This document shows, one piece after another, positions 30,935 to 40,818 of a stretch of 64,000 nucleotides of DNA. The stretch is from Ignavibacteriota bacterium (GTDB lineage Bacteria; Bacteroidota; Ignavibacteria; UBA10030; CAVZMI01): assembly GCA_963776275.1 (NCBI GenBank), contig CAVZMI010000020.1, positions 1-64,000 of the forward strand, written 5' to 3'. A program made the position numbers and the translations under genes. Positions within the stretch are counted from its first letter, which is position 1. The number at the start of each line of letters is the position of its first letter. The notes under the pieces are model-generated. The model was not told where the DNA came from. It did no database searches and saw only the letters and a list, made by a program, of their open reading frames with translations.

Positions 30935-32823
30935 GGAGCAAAACAACTTTGAACGAAATAATATTGTTTCGCGATAAAAATCTTATCCCGATCTGGGAAA
31001 AAATACAGCACGGTGAGCGATTGTCGCTGACCGACGGCCTGACATTGTATGCGACCAAAGACCTGATTTCACTCGGCACAATGGCACATGTCGTTCAACA
31101 GAGGAAGAGCGGCGATGCGATATACTTTGTTATAAATCAAAAAATCGAGCATACAAATGTCTGTGTGCTCTCATGCAGGTTCTGTGAATTCGCGGCAAGG
31201 AAAGGCGATCATCGGGCCTATGAAATGACAACAGAGGAAATCGTCGCAAAGATTACTCCCGATATCCGTGAAATCCATATCACAGGGGGAATGCCGCCAG
31301 ACTGGCCGTGGGAACGGTATGTCGACATCGTTTGTACACTTCATCAAAAATTCCCGCAAGCAGACATTAAAGCCTATACTGCTATTGAAATCGATTTCTT
31401 CGCCAAGAAATTTAAGATGCCTGTCGAAGAGGTTCTCCGGCAGCTGAAGGAGGCAGGACTCAGAACGATGCCCGGAGGCGGTGCCGAGATTTTTTCAGAA
31501 CGCATACGAAGACATCTTTTCAATCAGAAAATAGGCGCAAGAACATGGCTTGAAGTTAACAGAGTCGCACACCGAATGGGAATCCCGACAAATAGTACGA
31601 TGTTATACGGACATATCGAAACAATCGAAGAGCGTATCATTCACATGCTAAAGCTCCGCACGGTGCAGGATGAAACAGGCGGCTTCTTAACGTTTATCCC
31701 GCTCCCTTTTCAGCCGGGTGATACGGGTATCAAGCCGAAAAATCACCACACATCGGCAATCGATGATTTAAAAACAATCGCAGTATCACGTTTGATGCTC
31801 GACAACTTTCCCCACATTAAAGCGTACTGGGTGATGTTGACGGAAGAAGTAGCATCGGTCGCCCTGAATTTCGGCGCCGATGATGTCGACGGGACTGTCG
31901 GAGGCGAAAAAATTGCGCACGACGCCGGCGCCGTCACTCCGATGAAGCTGACGAAAGATGCGATCATCAAGATGATAAAAGATGCCGGGAAAATACCGGT
32001 CGAGCGCGATGCTTTTTATAATCCATTGAGCATTTATGCCGATAATGTCATTGGGAAAATACCGTTCCTGAATTCGGTTCCGTTTTATGCTCCTCTTGAA
32101 AAAGGACAATACAGAATCCTGCCGATCGTTCCGCGTCTCATGGGATACCTGAGTGAGCAAGGTTTTATCGATGCGGGTGCTTTTTCGTTGATGGATTATT
32201 TCCGTCAGGAAGAACGACTCGAACTTATGGGATGGTGTATCGCATCGCGTGATCAGGTGAAGAGCGTCATGCTGTTCTCTAAGGAAGGCTGGCGCGGTTT
32301 GGAGGGAAAAACAATCGGGATCACCGGCGATACGGCTACCTCGGTCAAGCTTTTAAAGGTTCTGCTTGAAAAGAAATATGGCGTCCATGCAAAATTCGAA
32401 CGCCTCCACAGCGGCGTCAACGATTATTCTCCTTATGATGCTATTCTGCTAATAGGCGATGAAGCGCTTCACCGAAATAAATATGGCCTACCCGGGTTTG
32501 AACTCGTGTTCGATCTGGCGTCAGAATGGTACGATTGGCAAAAATATCCATTTGTTTTCGCAGTTTGGGGAATGAAAAAAGATCTCCCCGAGAAAGCAAA
32601 GGAAGAACTCCGTATGATGATTGGTCAAGCACTTGAAAAATCGGAAGAGAATTTTATTTCTGCTGCCGGCCTTCATGGAAGGGCAATCGGCCTGACCGAT
32701 AAAGAGACACAGGAATTTCTTGAAGGATTCAACTATCGTCTCGGTGAACGTGAAAAGAAGGCGATGTGGATTTTCAGACATCTTCTCGAAGAGATTGAAT
32801 ATCCGGTCACATACGAAGAGTGA
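30925..32823 (+). CDS. mqnE: Aminofutalosine synthase MqnE fused to C-terminal MqnA chorismate dehydratase
   Basis: Radical SAM CVLSCRFC, MPGGGAEIF, TMLYGHIE, HIKAYWVM, then GKIPFLNSVPF, VKSVMLFS, ATSVKLLKVL, LLIGDEAL, PFVFAVW (MqnA). Confidence 0.9.
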   Translation: MDIGSKTTLNEIILFRDKNLIPIWEKIQHGERLSLTDGLTLYATKDLISLGTMAHVVQQRKSGDAIYFVINQKIEHTNVCVLSCRFCEFAARKGDHRAYEMTTEEIVAKITPDIREIHITGGMPPDWPWERYVDIVCTLHQKFPQADIKAYTAIEIDFFAKKFKMPVEEVLRQLKEAGLRTMPGGGAEIFSERIRRHLFNQKIGARTWLEVNRVAHRMGIPTNSTMLYGHIETIEERIIHMLKLRTVQDETGGFLTFIPLPFQPGDTGIKPKNHHTSAIDDLKTIAVSRLMLDNFPHIKAYWVMLTEEVASVALNFGADDVDGTVGGEKIAHDAGAVTPMKLTKDAIIKMIKDAGKIPVERDAFYNPLSIYADNVIGKIPFLNSVPFYAPLEKGQYRILPIVPRLMGYLSEQGFIDAGAFSLMDYFRQEERLELMGWCIASRDQVKSVMLFSKEGWRGLEGKTIGITGDTATSVKLLKVLLEKKYGVHAKFERLHSGVNDYSPYDAILLIGDEALHRNKYGLPGFELVFDLASEWYDWQKYPFVFAVWGMKKDLPEKAKEELRMMIGQALEKSEENFISAAGLHGRAIGLTDKETQEFLEGFNYRLGEREKKAMWIFRHLLEEIEYPVTYEE

Positions 32824-33920
32824 CAATGCAATTATCAGAACTCCATACAAAAATCCGTGCAGGAGAGCGCATTACCCGCGACGAGGGTCTGTACCTTCTC
32901 CAAAAAGGGGAGCTCCTTGATCTCGGGGCTCTGGCCGGCGAGATACGGTTTAAAAAAAATCCCAATCCCTGGGTGACTTTTATCCTCGATACAAATCCGA
33001 ATTATTCCAATGTCTGCACGGTCGACTGTATTTTCTGCGCGTTCTATCGTCATCAGGAGGATGAGGATGCCTATACGTATTCCGTCGATCACCTGGTTGA
33101 AAAATTTAAGGAAGCCGCAGCGAAGGGGGCGACAACGGTATTACTTCAGGGCGGAGTTCATCCTTCACTCCCTTTCGAGTACTATCTCGAGCTGGTCAGA
33201 CGGACACGTGAAGAAGTTCCCGATGTTCATCCTCATTTCTTTTCGACTTCAGAAATCATCGGTATGGGACAGATTTCCGGATTGAGCATAACAGCAGTTC
33301 TCGAAAAATTGAAAGAAGCCGGAATGAATTCTCTTCCCGGCGGCGGAGCCGAAATTCTTTCAGACCGGGTTAAAAAGAAAATTAGCAGTCTGAAAGGCAC
33401 GTCGGCAGACTGGCTCAACGTTATGCGTGAGGCGCATCGACTGGGATATAAGTCGACAGCAACCATGATGTACGGCCATCTGGAGACCGATGAGGATATT
33501 ATCGAACATCTTGAAGTCATCCGTCAGCTGCAGGACGAATATCACGGCTTCACCGCGTTTGTTCCCTGGAGTTTTAAACCTGGAAACACGCCGCTGGAAA
33601 AAATCATTCCACACTACGCGACACCGATTAGGTATTTGCAGATAATCGCCATCTCGCGAATTTACCTGGATAATTTCGCGCATATCCAGGCATCATGGTT
33701 TTCGGAGGGCAAGAAGACCGGCCAGATCGCTCTGCATTTCGGAGCCGACGATTTCGGCGGAACGCTTCAGGAAGAGAATGTCCATGCAGCGGCAAATTTC
33801 ATCAATACAACCGATACGGAAGAATGCCTTTCAATGATACGCGAGGCCGGTTTCATCCCCGTGCAGCGGTCGACGTTGTATGAAACAATTCGAATTTTTG
33901 AAGAAGCACAAGTTGCATAA
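32820..33920 (+). CDS. mqnC: Cyclic dehypoxanthine futalosine synthase
   Basis: NYSNVCTVDCIFCAFY, LLQGG, STATMMYG, FTAFVPW, HIQASW, GADDFGGT..EENV. Confidence 0.92.
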   Translation: MTMQLSELHTKIRAGERITRDEGLYLLQKGELLDLGALAGEIRFKKNPNPWVTFILDTNPNYSNVCTVDCIFCAFYRHQEDEDAYTYSVDHLVEKFKEAAAKGATTVLLQGGVHPSLPFEYYLELVRRTREEVPDVHPHFFSTSEIIGMGQISGLSITAVLEKLKEAGMNSLPGGGAEILSDRVKKKISSLKGTSADWLNVMREAHRLGYKSTATMMYGHLETDEDIIEHLEVIRQLQDEYHGFTAFVPWSFKPGNTPLEKIIPHYATPIRYLQIIAISRIYLDNFAHIQASWFSEGKKTGQIALHFGADDFGGTLQEENVHAAANFINTTDTEECLSMIREAGFIPVQRSTLYETIRIFEEAQVA

Positions 33921-33929
33921 TCCTGTAAA

Positions 33930-34958
33930 ATGAAAACTCGATTCCTGAAAACATCGACGGTTCATCGCCGGCGGAGCATTGCCATTGCATCACAATTGAT
34001 CCGCGAGGGAAAGCTTGTTGCTTTTCCGACGGAGACCGTCTATGGTCTCGGCGCGAATGTCTACAATACCCGTGCAATCAGGAATATTTTTCGAGTCAAA
34101 GGTCGTCCGCAGGACAATCCGTTGATCGTACATATCCGGTCAATCGATCAGGTTGCACTATTAGTTCGATCGATTCCTGTAATGTTTTTTGCTCTTGCCA
34201 GACGCTTTTTCCCCGGTCCGCTTACTCTGGTTATGAAAAAATCAGCCGTAATTCCGGATATCGTGACTGCCGGACTTTCCACGGTCGCAATCCGTATGCC
34301 CGATCATTCGATTGCCAGGCAGCTCCTTAAACATTCATGTGTACCTATCGTAGCTCCGTCGGCGAATCTTTCCGGGAAGCCAAGTCCTACATCAGCCGAA
34401 CATGTTCGTGACGATCTCGACGGAAAAATCGACGCCATCCTTGATGGCGGGCGATGTAAAATCGGAGTTGAATCGACAGTTCTCGATATTACACACAGAA
34501 TCCCGGTTATCCTCAGGCCGGGAGGTGTCACCCGTGAAGAAATCGAAAATGTACTGCGATGCCGCGTTAGAGTCGCCCGGACGACACGGAAACGTCCGTC
34601 ATCCCCCGGAATGAAATATACTCATTATGCTCCCGACGCCGGGGTCATTCTCTTTGAAGGAGAAAGATCGGCGGTGCTTCACGCAATGAAACAAGCGGCT
34701 TTTAGACTGAAAAAAAAGCATGTTGTTGTCGGAATAATGGCAAGCGCTGATTTTGAATGCTCGTTCAAAGGCTTGAATTTCTTTTCTCTTGGTAAGTCAG
34801 GAGCGTTCAGTGCGGCACAACTATTGTACGATGGGTTCCGGACGCTTGACCGTAAGGGCATCGCAGTAATTCTCTGTCAGGGTTTTACCGATACACATAT
34901 CGGGAGCGCACTGATGAACCGGATGAGAAAGGCAGCATGGAGAAGAATCAGGGTATAA
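33930..34958 (+). CDS. sua5: Threonylcarbamoyl-AMP synthase (Sua5)
   Basis: AFPTETVYGLGA, KGRPQDNPLIVH, APSANLSGKPSPT, PGMKYTHYAP. Confidence 0.95.
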   Translation: MKTRFLKTSTVHRRRSIAIASQLIREGKLVAFPTETVYGLGANVYNTRAIRNIFRVKGRPQDNPLIVHIRSIDQVALLVRSIPVMFFALARRFFPGPLTLVMKKSAVIPDIVTAGLSTVAIRMPDHSIARQLLKHSCVPIVAPSANLSGKPSPTSAEHVRDDLDGKIDAILDGGRCKIGVESTVLDITHRIPVILRPGGVTREEIENVLRCRVRVARTTRKRPSSPGMKYTHYAPDAGVILFEGERSAVLHAMKQAAFRLKKKHVVVGIMASADFECSFKGLNFFSLGKSGAFSAAQLLYDGFRTLDRKGIAVILCQGFTDTHIGSALMNRMRKAAWRRIRV

Positions 34959-35005
34959 TATGACATCCGAGGAAATTTATAATTTTTGATTCATGATCTA
35001 TGAGT

Positions 35006-35850
35006 TTAATAGAGTACGATCTTGGGAAGTATTGGAATGAGCTTTTTATTGAAGGCAAGTTGATAGAGTCGTTCTAATCCTTCCTTCCCTTTTTCACCCA
35101 TATCGATTGTCAGCTCGCTGACATACATCTTTACAAATTTTTCGCCGAGATCACGGCCGATGCCGCGTCCCCACTGCAATGCATATGGAATTGATTCATT
35201 CTGATGGGTGTATCCGTAATGAATGCTCTCCTTAAGTCCTTTTGAAATTTGCCGTGCCGTATCTTCACCCAAATCTTTTCGTACCACGTCAAGTCCCAGC
35301 GGCAGAGGCAATCCGTCGGTTTCTCTTTCCCACAATTCTCCAAAATCGAGGATTTTGTTAAATCCTTTGGCCTTATATGTAATTTGCCCTTCATGAATCA
35401 GCACACCTGCATCATACGTACCATCTTTCACCGTATCCATAATACGATCGAAAGGGATATCGACGTTAGATATTTCATTTGTGAATATTTTCAAGAGCAG
35501 GGTTGCAGTAGTGAGTGGACCGGGGTGGCTATTCTTTTCCCTCTTAACTCCTCGAGCATTGAATATTTCGTAGAAACAAGAACCGGTCCATATCCTTCTC
35601 CCATACTCGCACCGGTTGCCATTATCCAGTAACGATCCTGGACATACGGGAAAGCATGTGCCGAGATCGCGGTAACTTCAAGCTCCCCTTTCATCGCACG
35701 CTTATTGAGTGATTGTATATCTTCAAGTATATGCTTGATATCGAAATCGTCGATCTTTACCTTCCCCCTTGCCAACCCGTAAAACATAAAAGCATCGTCG
35801 GGATCAGGACTGTGCCCTAGTGTCAGAATACGTGCCATGTGTTCATCCAT
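35006..35850 (-). CDS. mqnD: 1,4-dihydroxy-6-naphthoate synthase; frameshift in the G-run 35522-35525
   Basis: LGHSPDPDDAFMFY, GASMGEGYGP, then GVLIHEGQ, LPLPLG in the next frame. Confidence 0.92.
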
Positions 35851-35916
35851 TATAATTATTATCTTTCAAGATACGAAACATTTGACACTCAAACAAAAAT
35901 CATCGATATTTTCATT

Positions 35917-36195
35917 ATGCGATCAAATCGAAAAGAGATACTCAAAATACTTCAGACAATACCCGGTGTCGGCAAATCAATTTCCGTCGATCTTTATAAC
36001 CTCGGCATCCGCTCTGTGCACGATCTGCAAAAGAAAAAACCCGAGAGGCTCTTTGAAAAACACTGTACACAAAAGGGAGTGCTTGTTGACCGGTGCATGT
36101 TATACGTTCTGCGCTGTGCCGTCTACTATGCATCGACAAAAAATCCAAAACCTGAGTTGTTACGATGGTGGAACTGGAAGGATACCCTTAGATGA
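35917..36195 (+). CDS. Helix-hairpin-helix protein (Cdd1 / pathogenicity-locus family)
   Basis: LQTIPGVGKSI..DLYNLGI, DRCMLYVLRCAVYYA, LLRWWNWKD. Confidence 0.85.
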   Translation: MRSNRKEILKILQTIPGVGKSISVDLYNLGIRSVHDLQKKKPERLFEKHCTQKGVLVDRCMLYVLRCAVYYASTKNPKPELLRWWNWKDTLR

Positions 36196-37397
36196 AAAAA
36201 ATTCAGAAAAAATCGCTCTCTCTCGCAACTCGGGCGATTCATGGAAAAGAGTGCTACCCTTATACAGGACCGGTGTCTCAACCGATATATCAAACCTCCA
36301 CATACCGCTTTGAAAATTCTCGGTATCCAATCCGGTACGCAAGAGGAGACCGTGATGTCTATGTGTACACGCGGTACCATAATCCTACAGTAAAGAATGT
36401 TGAAGAAAAAATTGCTTTAATGGAAGGGGGCGAAGAGGCGGCCCTGTTCACTTCCGGCATGGCGGCAATCTCTACTGCAATCCTCTCCGTCGTACATGCC
36501 GGCGACGAGATCGTTAGTACTCAAGCGTTGTACGGCGGAACATACCGTTTTTTTCGTGATATTCTTCCTCACCACGATATCTCGGTAAAATACGTACCGC
36601 ATGATCAGCTGGAATCTCTCGGATCACTGATTACATCAAAGACGAAGCTTGTCTATCTCGAAACACCGACAAATCCGACCCTCAATATAGTCGATGTGAA
36701 ACGAGCCGTTGCTCTGGTCAAAAAAATCGAGAGGAGATTGCACATTCATATCGTGACGATGATCGACAACACGTTCGCTTCAATATATAATCAGGATCCT
36801 TTTACACTGGGTGTCGATGTCATCGTTGAAAGCGCAACAAAATATCTAGGAGGACATTCCGATCTTCTTGCGGGAGTTGTTATCGGATCGAAGAAATTTC
36901 TTCGTATCGTACGTCACAATGCAAAGTACTACGGTGGCTGTGCCGATCCGTTCATGGCGTATCTTTTATTCAGAAGTTTAAAGACGTACGCACTCCGCTT
37001 GCAGCGTCAGAATGAAAACGCATATACGCTTGCGCGGGCTCTCGAAAAGCATTCAAAGGTGAAGCGTATATTTTACCCGGGAATTCCTTCGCACCCGCAA
37101 CATGCAATTGCAAAGAAACAGATGTTGGGTTTCGGTGGTATGGTTACGATTGAAGTAATAAAGGGGATCAGGGGTGCCGTCAAACTTTGTAACAATTTGC
37201 ATATAGCCGTAAATGCGATGAGTCTCGGCAGCGTAGAAACGCTCGTCAGCATCCCGGTGTATTCATCGCACGTCAATATGTCCGGTGAAGAACTTAAGCA
37301 ACAAGGGGTATCACCGGGTATGGTACGGATATCCGTCGGGGTTGAAGGAATTAACGATATAATAGCAGATTTTCGCCAGGCCTTGAAAAAGGTTTAA
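36192..37397 (+). CDS. PLP-dependent trans-sulfuration enzyme (cystathionine gamma-synthase / methionine gamma-lyase family)
   Basis: PIYQTSTY, YTRYHNPT, ETPTNP, DNTFAS, SATKYLGGHSD, SLGSVETL. Confidence 0.92.
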   Translation: MKKIQKKSLSLATRAIHGKECYPYTGPVSQPIYQTSTYRFENSRYPIRYARGDRDVYVYTRYHNPTVKNVEEKIALMEGGEEAALFTSGMAAISTAILSVVHAGDEIVSTQALYGGTYRFFRDILPHHDISVKYVPHDQLESLGSLITSKTKLVYLETPTNPTLNIVDVKRAVALVKKIERRLHIHIVTMIDNTFASIYNQDPFTLGVDVIVESATKYLGGHSDLLAGVVIGSKKFLRIVRHNAKYYGGCADPFMAYLLFRSLKTYALRLQRQNENAYTLARALEKHSKVKRIFYPGIPSHPQHAIAKKQMLGFGGMVTIEVIKGIRGAVKLCNNLHIAVNAMSLGSVETLVSIPVYSSHVNMSGEELKQQGVSPGMVRISVGVEGINDIIADFRQALKKV

Positions 37398-37647
37398 AAC
37401 CTGATTGGAAAAGAAAGGGTTTATTGAAAAAGGCAGTTATTAGGCATAATCAAACGCTGTTTTTGTGTTAGATGTGCCAGATACGCCCTGCCGCTATATA
37501 TAAATGTACCATGCTGATATGGGGCACAGCCAGGCCAATGTAACCCGGCTGTTCAAATAAATGGAGGCGGAGATTGATTTTCTGCACGAACTTCTGTACA
37601 ATCGTGTGGATATAATATTCTGTCTCACGATCATGTGAGGAGGATTT

Positions 37648-38247
37648 ATGGGTTCACCTCTTCAAGCTGAGGGAAATCCATCAGTAAAAAAAGTAAAAAC
37701 GTACGAGATGTATGTCGTACCGATAAAACAATCACTCTATCGGCGCTTTTTCTCTCAAAAATTTCTGATCACTTCTGAGACAAATCCATTCGGCACAATG
37801 GTGCTCAATTTCCGTAGCATTGATTTTCACGCTACTAACGGAGAATCTTTTTCTCTCATTGTCCGATGGGAAAAACTGAGACCTCATTTCAAGTTGATGC
37901 AACACGGAAAAGAAAATCCTGCTGCTCATACTGATCCTACGGTCAAATCAAGCCGGCAATTCATTCTGATCGACGATTCAACGGGTTCGAAGTGTGTTCT
38001 TCGCGCCGCTGGTCCGCTGGCAAGCTTATGGGGGTTGGAAGGAGAAAATGAATCGATTATAGCACAATTCAGCCGCCATCATCGTCTTTTTCCGAAGAGT
38101 GTTTCTGAAAAAAGACTCTCTTCAATCACTTCATTTGAAAAAGTCGCCGCACGACAAATCGATTCTGCCGAAGATCCGGCACAGCTGCCAATTCTGCCGA
38201 TTTTCGCGCAGATGATACTCTTCTCGCTTGAATCACACGGTGCATGA
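37648..38247 (+). CDS. Hypothetical protein
   Basis: 199-aa ORF with a GAGGAG Shine-Dalgarno and a downstream terminator; no family recognised. Confidence 0.6.
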   Translation: MGSPLQAEGNPSVKKVKTYEMYVVPIKQSLYRRFFSQKFLITSETNPFGTMVLNFRSIDFHATNGESFSLIVRWEKLRPHFKLMQHGKENPAAHTDPTVKSSRQFILIDDSTGSKCVLRAAGPLASLWGLEGENESIIAQFSRHHRLFPKSVSEKRLSSITSFEKVAARQIDSAEDPAQLPILPIFAQMILFSLESHGA

Positions 38248-38294
38248 GGCGGTAGCCCGGCAGTTATATAAATATTTCATTCAATCAAAAAACG

Positions 38295-38330
38295 AAAACG
38301 CCCGTTCACCCATTGTGAGACGGGCGTTTT
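38295..38330. terminator. Bidirectional intrinsic terminator
   Basis: aaaacgcccgt...acgggcgtttt between convergent genes. Confidence 0.8.
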
Positions 38331-38348
38331 GTATGGATCTCATCACGT

Positions 38349-38579
38349 TTATTCGACAACGTGTTCAACGGCCTCTGCAAGCGCATGTTGGAAGTTGACG
38401 ATATCGTTGTTGAAGACGGTCATGAAAGCTCGCTCACGTTCCCGGTCTTTGTTGAAGCGGGATTGAGAAATCACGAGATACTTCTTCCCGTTTTTTGCTT
38501 CCTTCACATCGAAGAAAAATGTGCTGGTGTTTGCTTTCACCATAGTGGTGAATACCTGCTGTTTCGTTTCCTGTTCCAT
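38349..38579 (-). CDS. PUR/DUF3276-family single-stranded nucleic-acid-binding protein
   Basis: VFTTMVKA..TFFFDVKE...KYLVISQS matches the bacterial PUR-repeat pattern; AAAGGA Shine-Dalgarno upstream. Confidence 0.8.
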   Translation of the reverse strand: MEQETKQQVFTTMVKANTSTFFFDVKEAKNGKKYLVISQSRFNKDRERERAFMTVFNNDIVNFQHALAEAVEHVVE

Positions 38580-38819
38580 CGTTTGATCCTTTCGTTTTAC
38601 AGTTGCGTAATTGACTTAGTACCGCTCCAACGAGCATTCTAAATTGATTCTATGTTATTATGTATGTTGGATCGTGTACCTTGCCCTTTTAATAGTTAGA
38701 AATGGTTAAGGGGCACTTTAAAATATCCATCTCTAATATAGAGAACGAATTCAGGTTACACTATTTCCGGAATAAAATATGATCACTGCGATCGCAGAAT
38801 AGATCCGAAGAATGGAGAG

Positions 38820-39329
38820 TTAAAAGTACCTGGACGGGTATTCGAGGGAAGAAAGCTTCAGGCGGAGAGCTTCGTTACTAACATCATATCTCATACGGAG
38901 AATTGAGAGATCGCTTTCTTTTACCGCCATGGTACGGAGATCATTGCTCGGCATGAGAAGTTCGGCAGCAAATAGATCCGCTTCGCGGTTGAAGCGCCTG
39001 ATTTCATCTTGAGTGGAACGTGCTTCCGGTGGATGTTTTAAAAGAATATGACCGAGCTCATGTGCAAGCGAAAAACGCTGTCGGCGGGGATGGTGTTTGC
39101 CGTTGATACCGATAAGCTTTTTATCAAGGCTGACAATGCCCGAGAGCTCCGGGGGAAGTGTCGTTAACAATATCACCTGGTAGCCGCAAAGTGAGGCGAT
39201 GGTTTCAATTGGAACAGGAAGCTGTTTATGTCCTGTAACCTGCTCAAGACGCCCGAGTACGCTCCGAGCCAGGGTAATACAGTGACTCTCACGGTTCAAG
39301 ACCGTCGGTCGCACGTTTGATATATTCAT
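38820..39329 (-). CDS. ImmA/IrrE-family zinc metallopeptidase
   Basis: LPVPIETIA, RQRFSLAHELGH, READLFAAELLMP, YDVSNEAL. True start may be TTG ~39299. Confidence 0.9.
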   Translation of the reverse strand: MNISNVRPTVLNRESHCITLARSVLGRLEQVTGHKQLPVPIETIASLCGYQVILLTTLPPELSGIVSLDKKLIGINGKHHPRRQRFSLAHELGHILLKHPPEARSTQDEIRRFNREADLFAAELLMPSNDLRTMAVKESDLSILRMRYDVSNEALRLKLSSLEYPSRYF

Positions 39330-39912
39330 TTATCTGCTCTTGCCGGTCCGGTGAAATGTGAATATCAGCCTTCACAAAAAGTTCGCGAACTGCTTTTTGC
39401 ATTTCTTTCGATTTATGCCGGTTTTGCTTCGCATCATACCGGGCAAGCGTCGAAGCCAGCGAAGGATTCAGGTTTGCACATCGAATGGAATTTTTTATCA
39501 GCACGACCGCTGCCTGCGACGGAAGCGAAAGATAATGCAACAATAAATTCATGGCATTTGCGGGGATCTCCAGGGGCGAGAGCGTATCGCGGCAGAGACG
39601 GGTCAATTGCGATACCGCAATACCAGCCTTTTTTGCCATCGACGCGAGCACAACCGATTCCTTTTTCCGCGCATGAGTAATAACCTCGCGTGTAATATAC
39701 TCTCCAAGCGTGAGTGCTCCTTTTGTCGCCTGCGCGGCTTTCCGTTCATCAAGGATAGCAACAAGCCGATTATGCAGCTGCTCCAATTTCTGTGCGGAAA
39801 TTCTCTCTACAGGAGCCCGTTTCATCACAACCTTTTCAATCAAGCCCCTTGTCGTGATTCTCCCATCAAGGTATGCAAGCTGCAAAATGAGATCTATTGA
39901 GTCTCGTTTCAT
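39289..39912 (-). CDS. Hypothetical protein with central XRE-like helix-turn-helix
   Basis: TLGEYITRE...LASMAKKAGIAVSQLTRLCRD resembles an XRE HTH. Start overlaps the sigma-factor stop (ATGA). Confidence 0.65.
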   Translation of the reverse strand: MKRDSIDLILQLAYLDGRITTRGLIEKVVMKRAPVERISAQKLEQLHNRLVAILDERKAAQATKGALTLGEYITREVITHARKKESVVLASMAKKAGIAVSQLTRLCRDTLSPLEIPANAMNLLLHYLSLPSQAAVVLIKNSIRCANLNPSLASTLARYDAKQNRHKSKEMQKAVRELFVKADIHISPDRQEQINEYIKRATDGLEP

Positions 39913-40559
39913 ACGTTCTCTGTTATAAATGGAATATGATGCTTTTCAAATTCTTCCCTGAGTTTTTGAATAAATTTACTTTTCACTCTCAGATGGTATA
40001 TTTTCAACTGTTTTGCCGGTCTATCGACATAAGGGGCAATCTCTTCGTACGGAATATCGAGTGCCCGGCATCGAAGCAGCACCCGCTCCCAGGTTTCCAT
40101 CGATTGTAGCGTTTCGACAACCAATTGCAGCGGCCGGCTCCCTAATTCACTTGTATCCCCTTCCCCATCTATGAAATCTTGAATTACAATATCTGCAATC
40201 TCCCGTGCTGCCGTGAAGGCCTCATCATCCCCCCTCGCTCCTTCCGAAAACACCTCCATTTTCATCCCATGCAAATCCTGCTGCCTCAGAAAATCCCTCG
40301 CACGATTCCGCAGAATTGTAAAAACCCACCGCGCAAAATCTTCATCAGAGTTCCTGAATGAAAAGAGCGAAATACGCTGGACTACAGCCAGCAGGACATC
40401 GCTAACAATTTCCTCAGCATCTTCACGGAGAATGTGAAATGTCCCTACCAGATGCTCAAAAAGCCTGTGCTGATACACCTGCATCAGATGAGTGCATCCG
40501 GAACGATCCCCCGCTTTCAGTTCTTCGACAATTTGCCGGTTTGATATCTGTTGACCCAA
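39909..40559 (-). CDS. ECF-type RNA polymerase sigma-70 factor
   Basis: Region 2 (EDAEEIVSDVL...FARWVFTILRNRARDFLR) and region 4 (ERVLL..IPYEEIA). Confidence 0.85.
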   Translation of the reverse strand: MGQQISNRQIVEELKAGDRSGCTHLMQVYQHRLFEHLVGTFHILREDAEEIVSDVLLAVVQRISLFSFRNSDEDFARWVFTILRNRARDFLRQQDLHGMKMEVFSEGARGDDEAFTAAREIADIVIQDFIDGEGDTSELGSRPLQLVVETLQSMETWERVLLRCRALDIPYEEIAPYVDRPAKQLKIYHLRVKSKFIQKLREEFEKHHIPFITENV

Positions 40560-40818
40560 ATCTGCCCTATAGAAGATAGAACGAAAAGAGGTTACAATTA
40601 TCTTGTCATGGGGAAAAATGCGGGGGTTACAGGAAATGTTAATAATTTTAGTATAAGACGGGGCAATTCTACAAAGTACTTTTTACTCCTATTTTCTACT
40701 CTACATCTTCTCCGGCGCCGTAAATATGAATCGCACTTCTAAAATCGGAAATCCCGAAGGGTCGTAGACATCAATCAAAAATCAGAAATTCTATAGCCCT
40801 GAAGACTTTATCTTCTCG

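Noticed and set aside
37400-40800. Prophage or ICE around the ImmA/IrrE gene
   Set aside because: No integrase, att-like repeats, tRNA target or phage genes seen.
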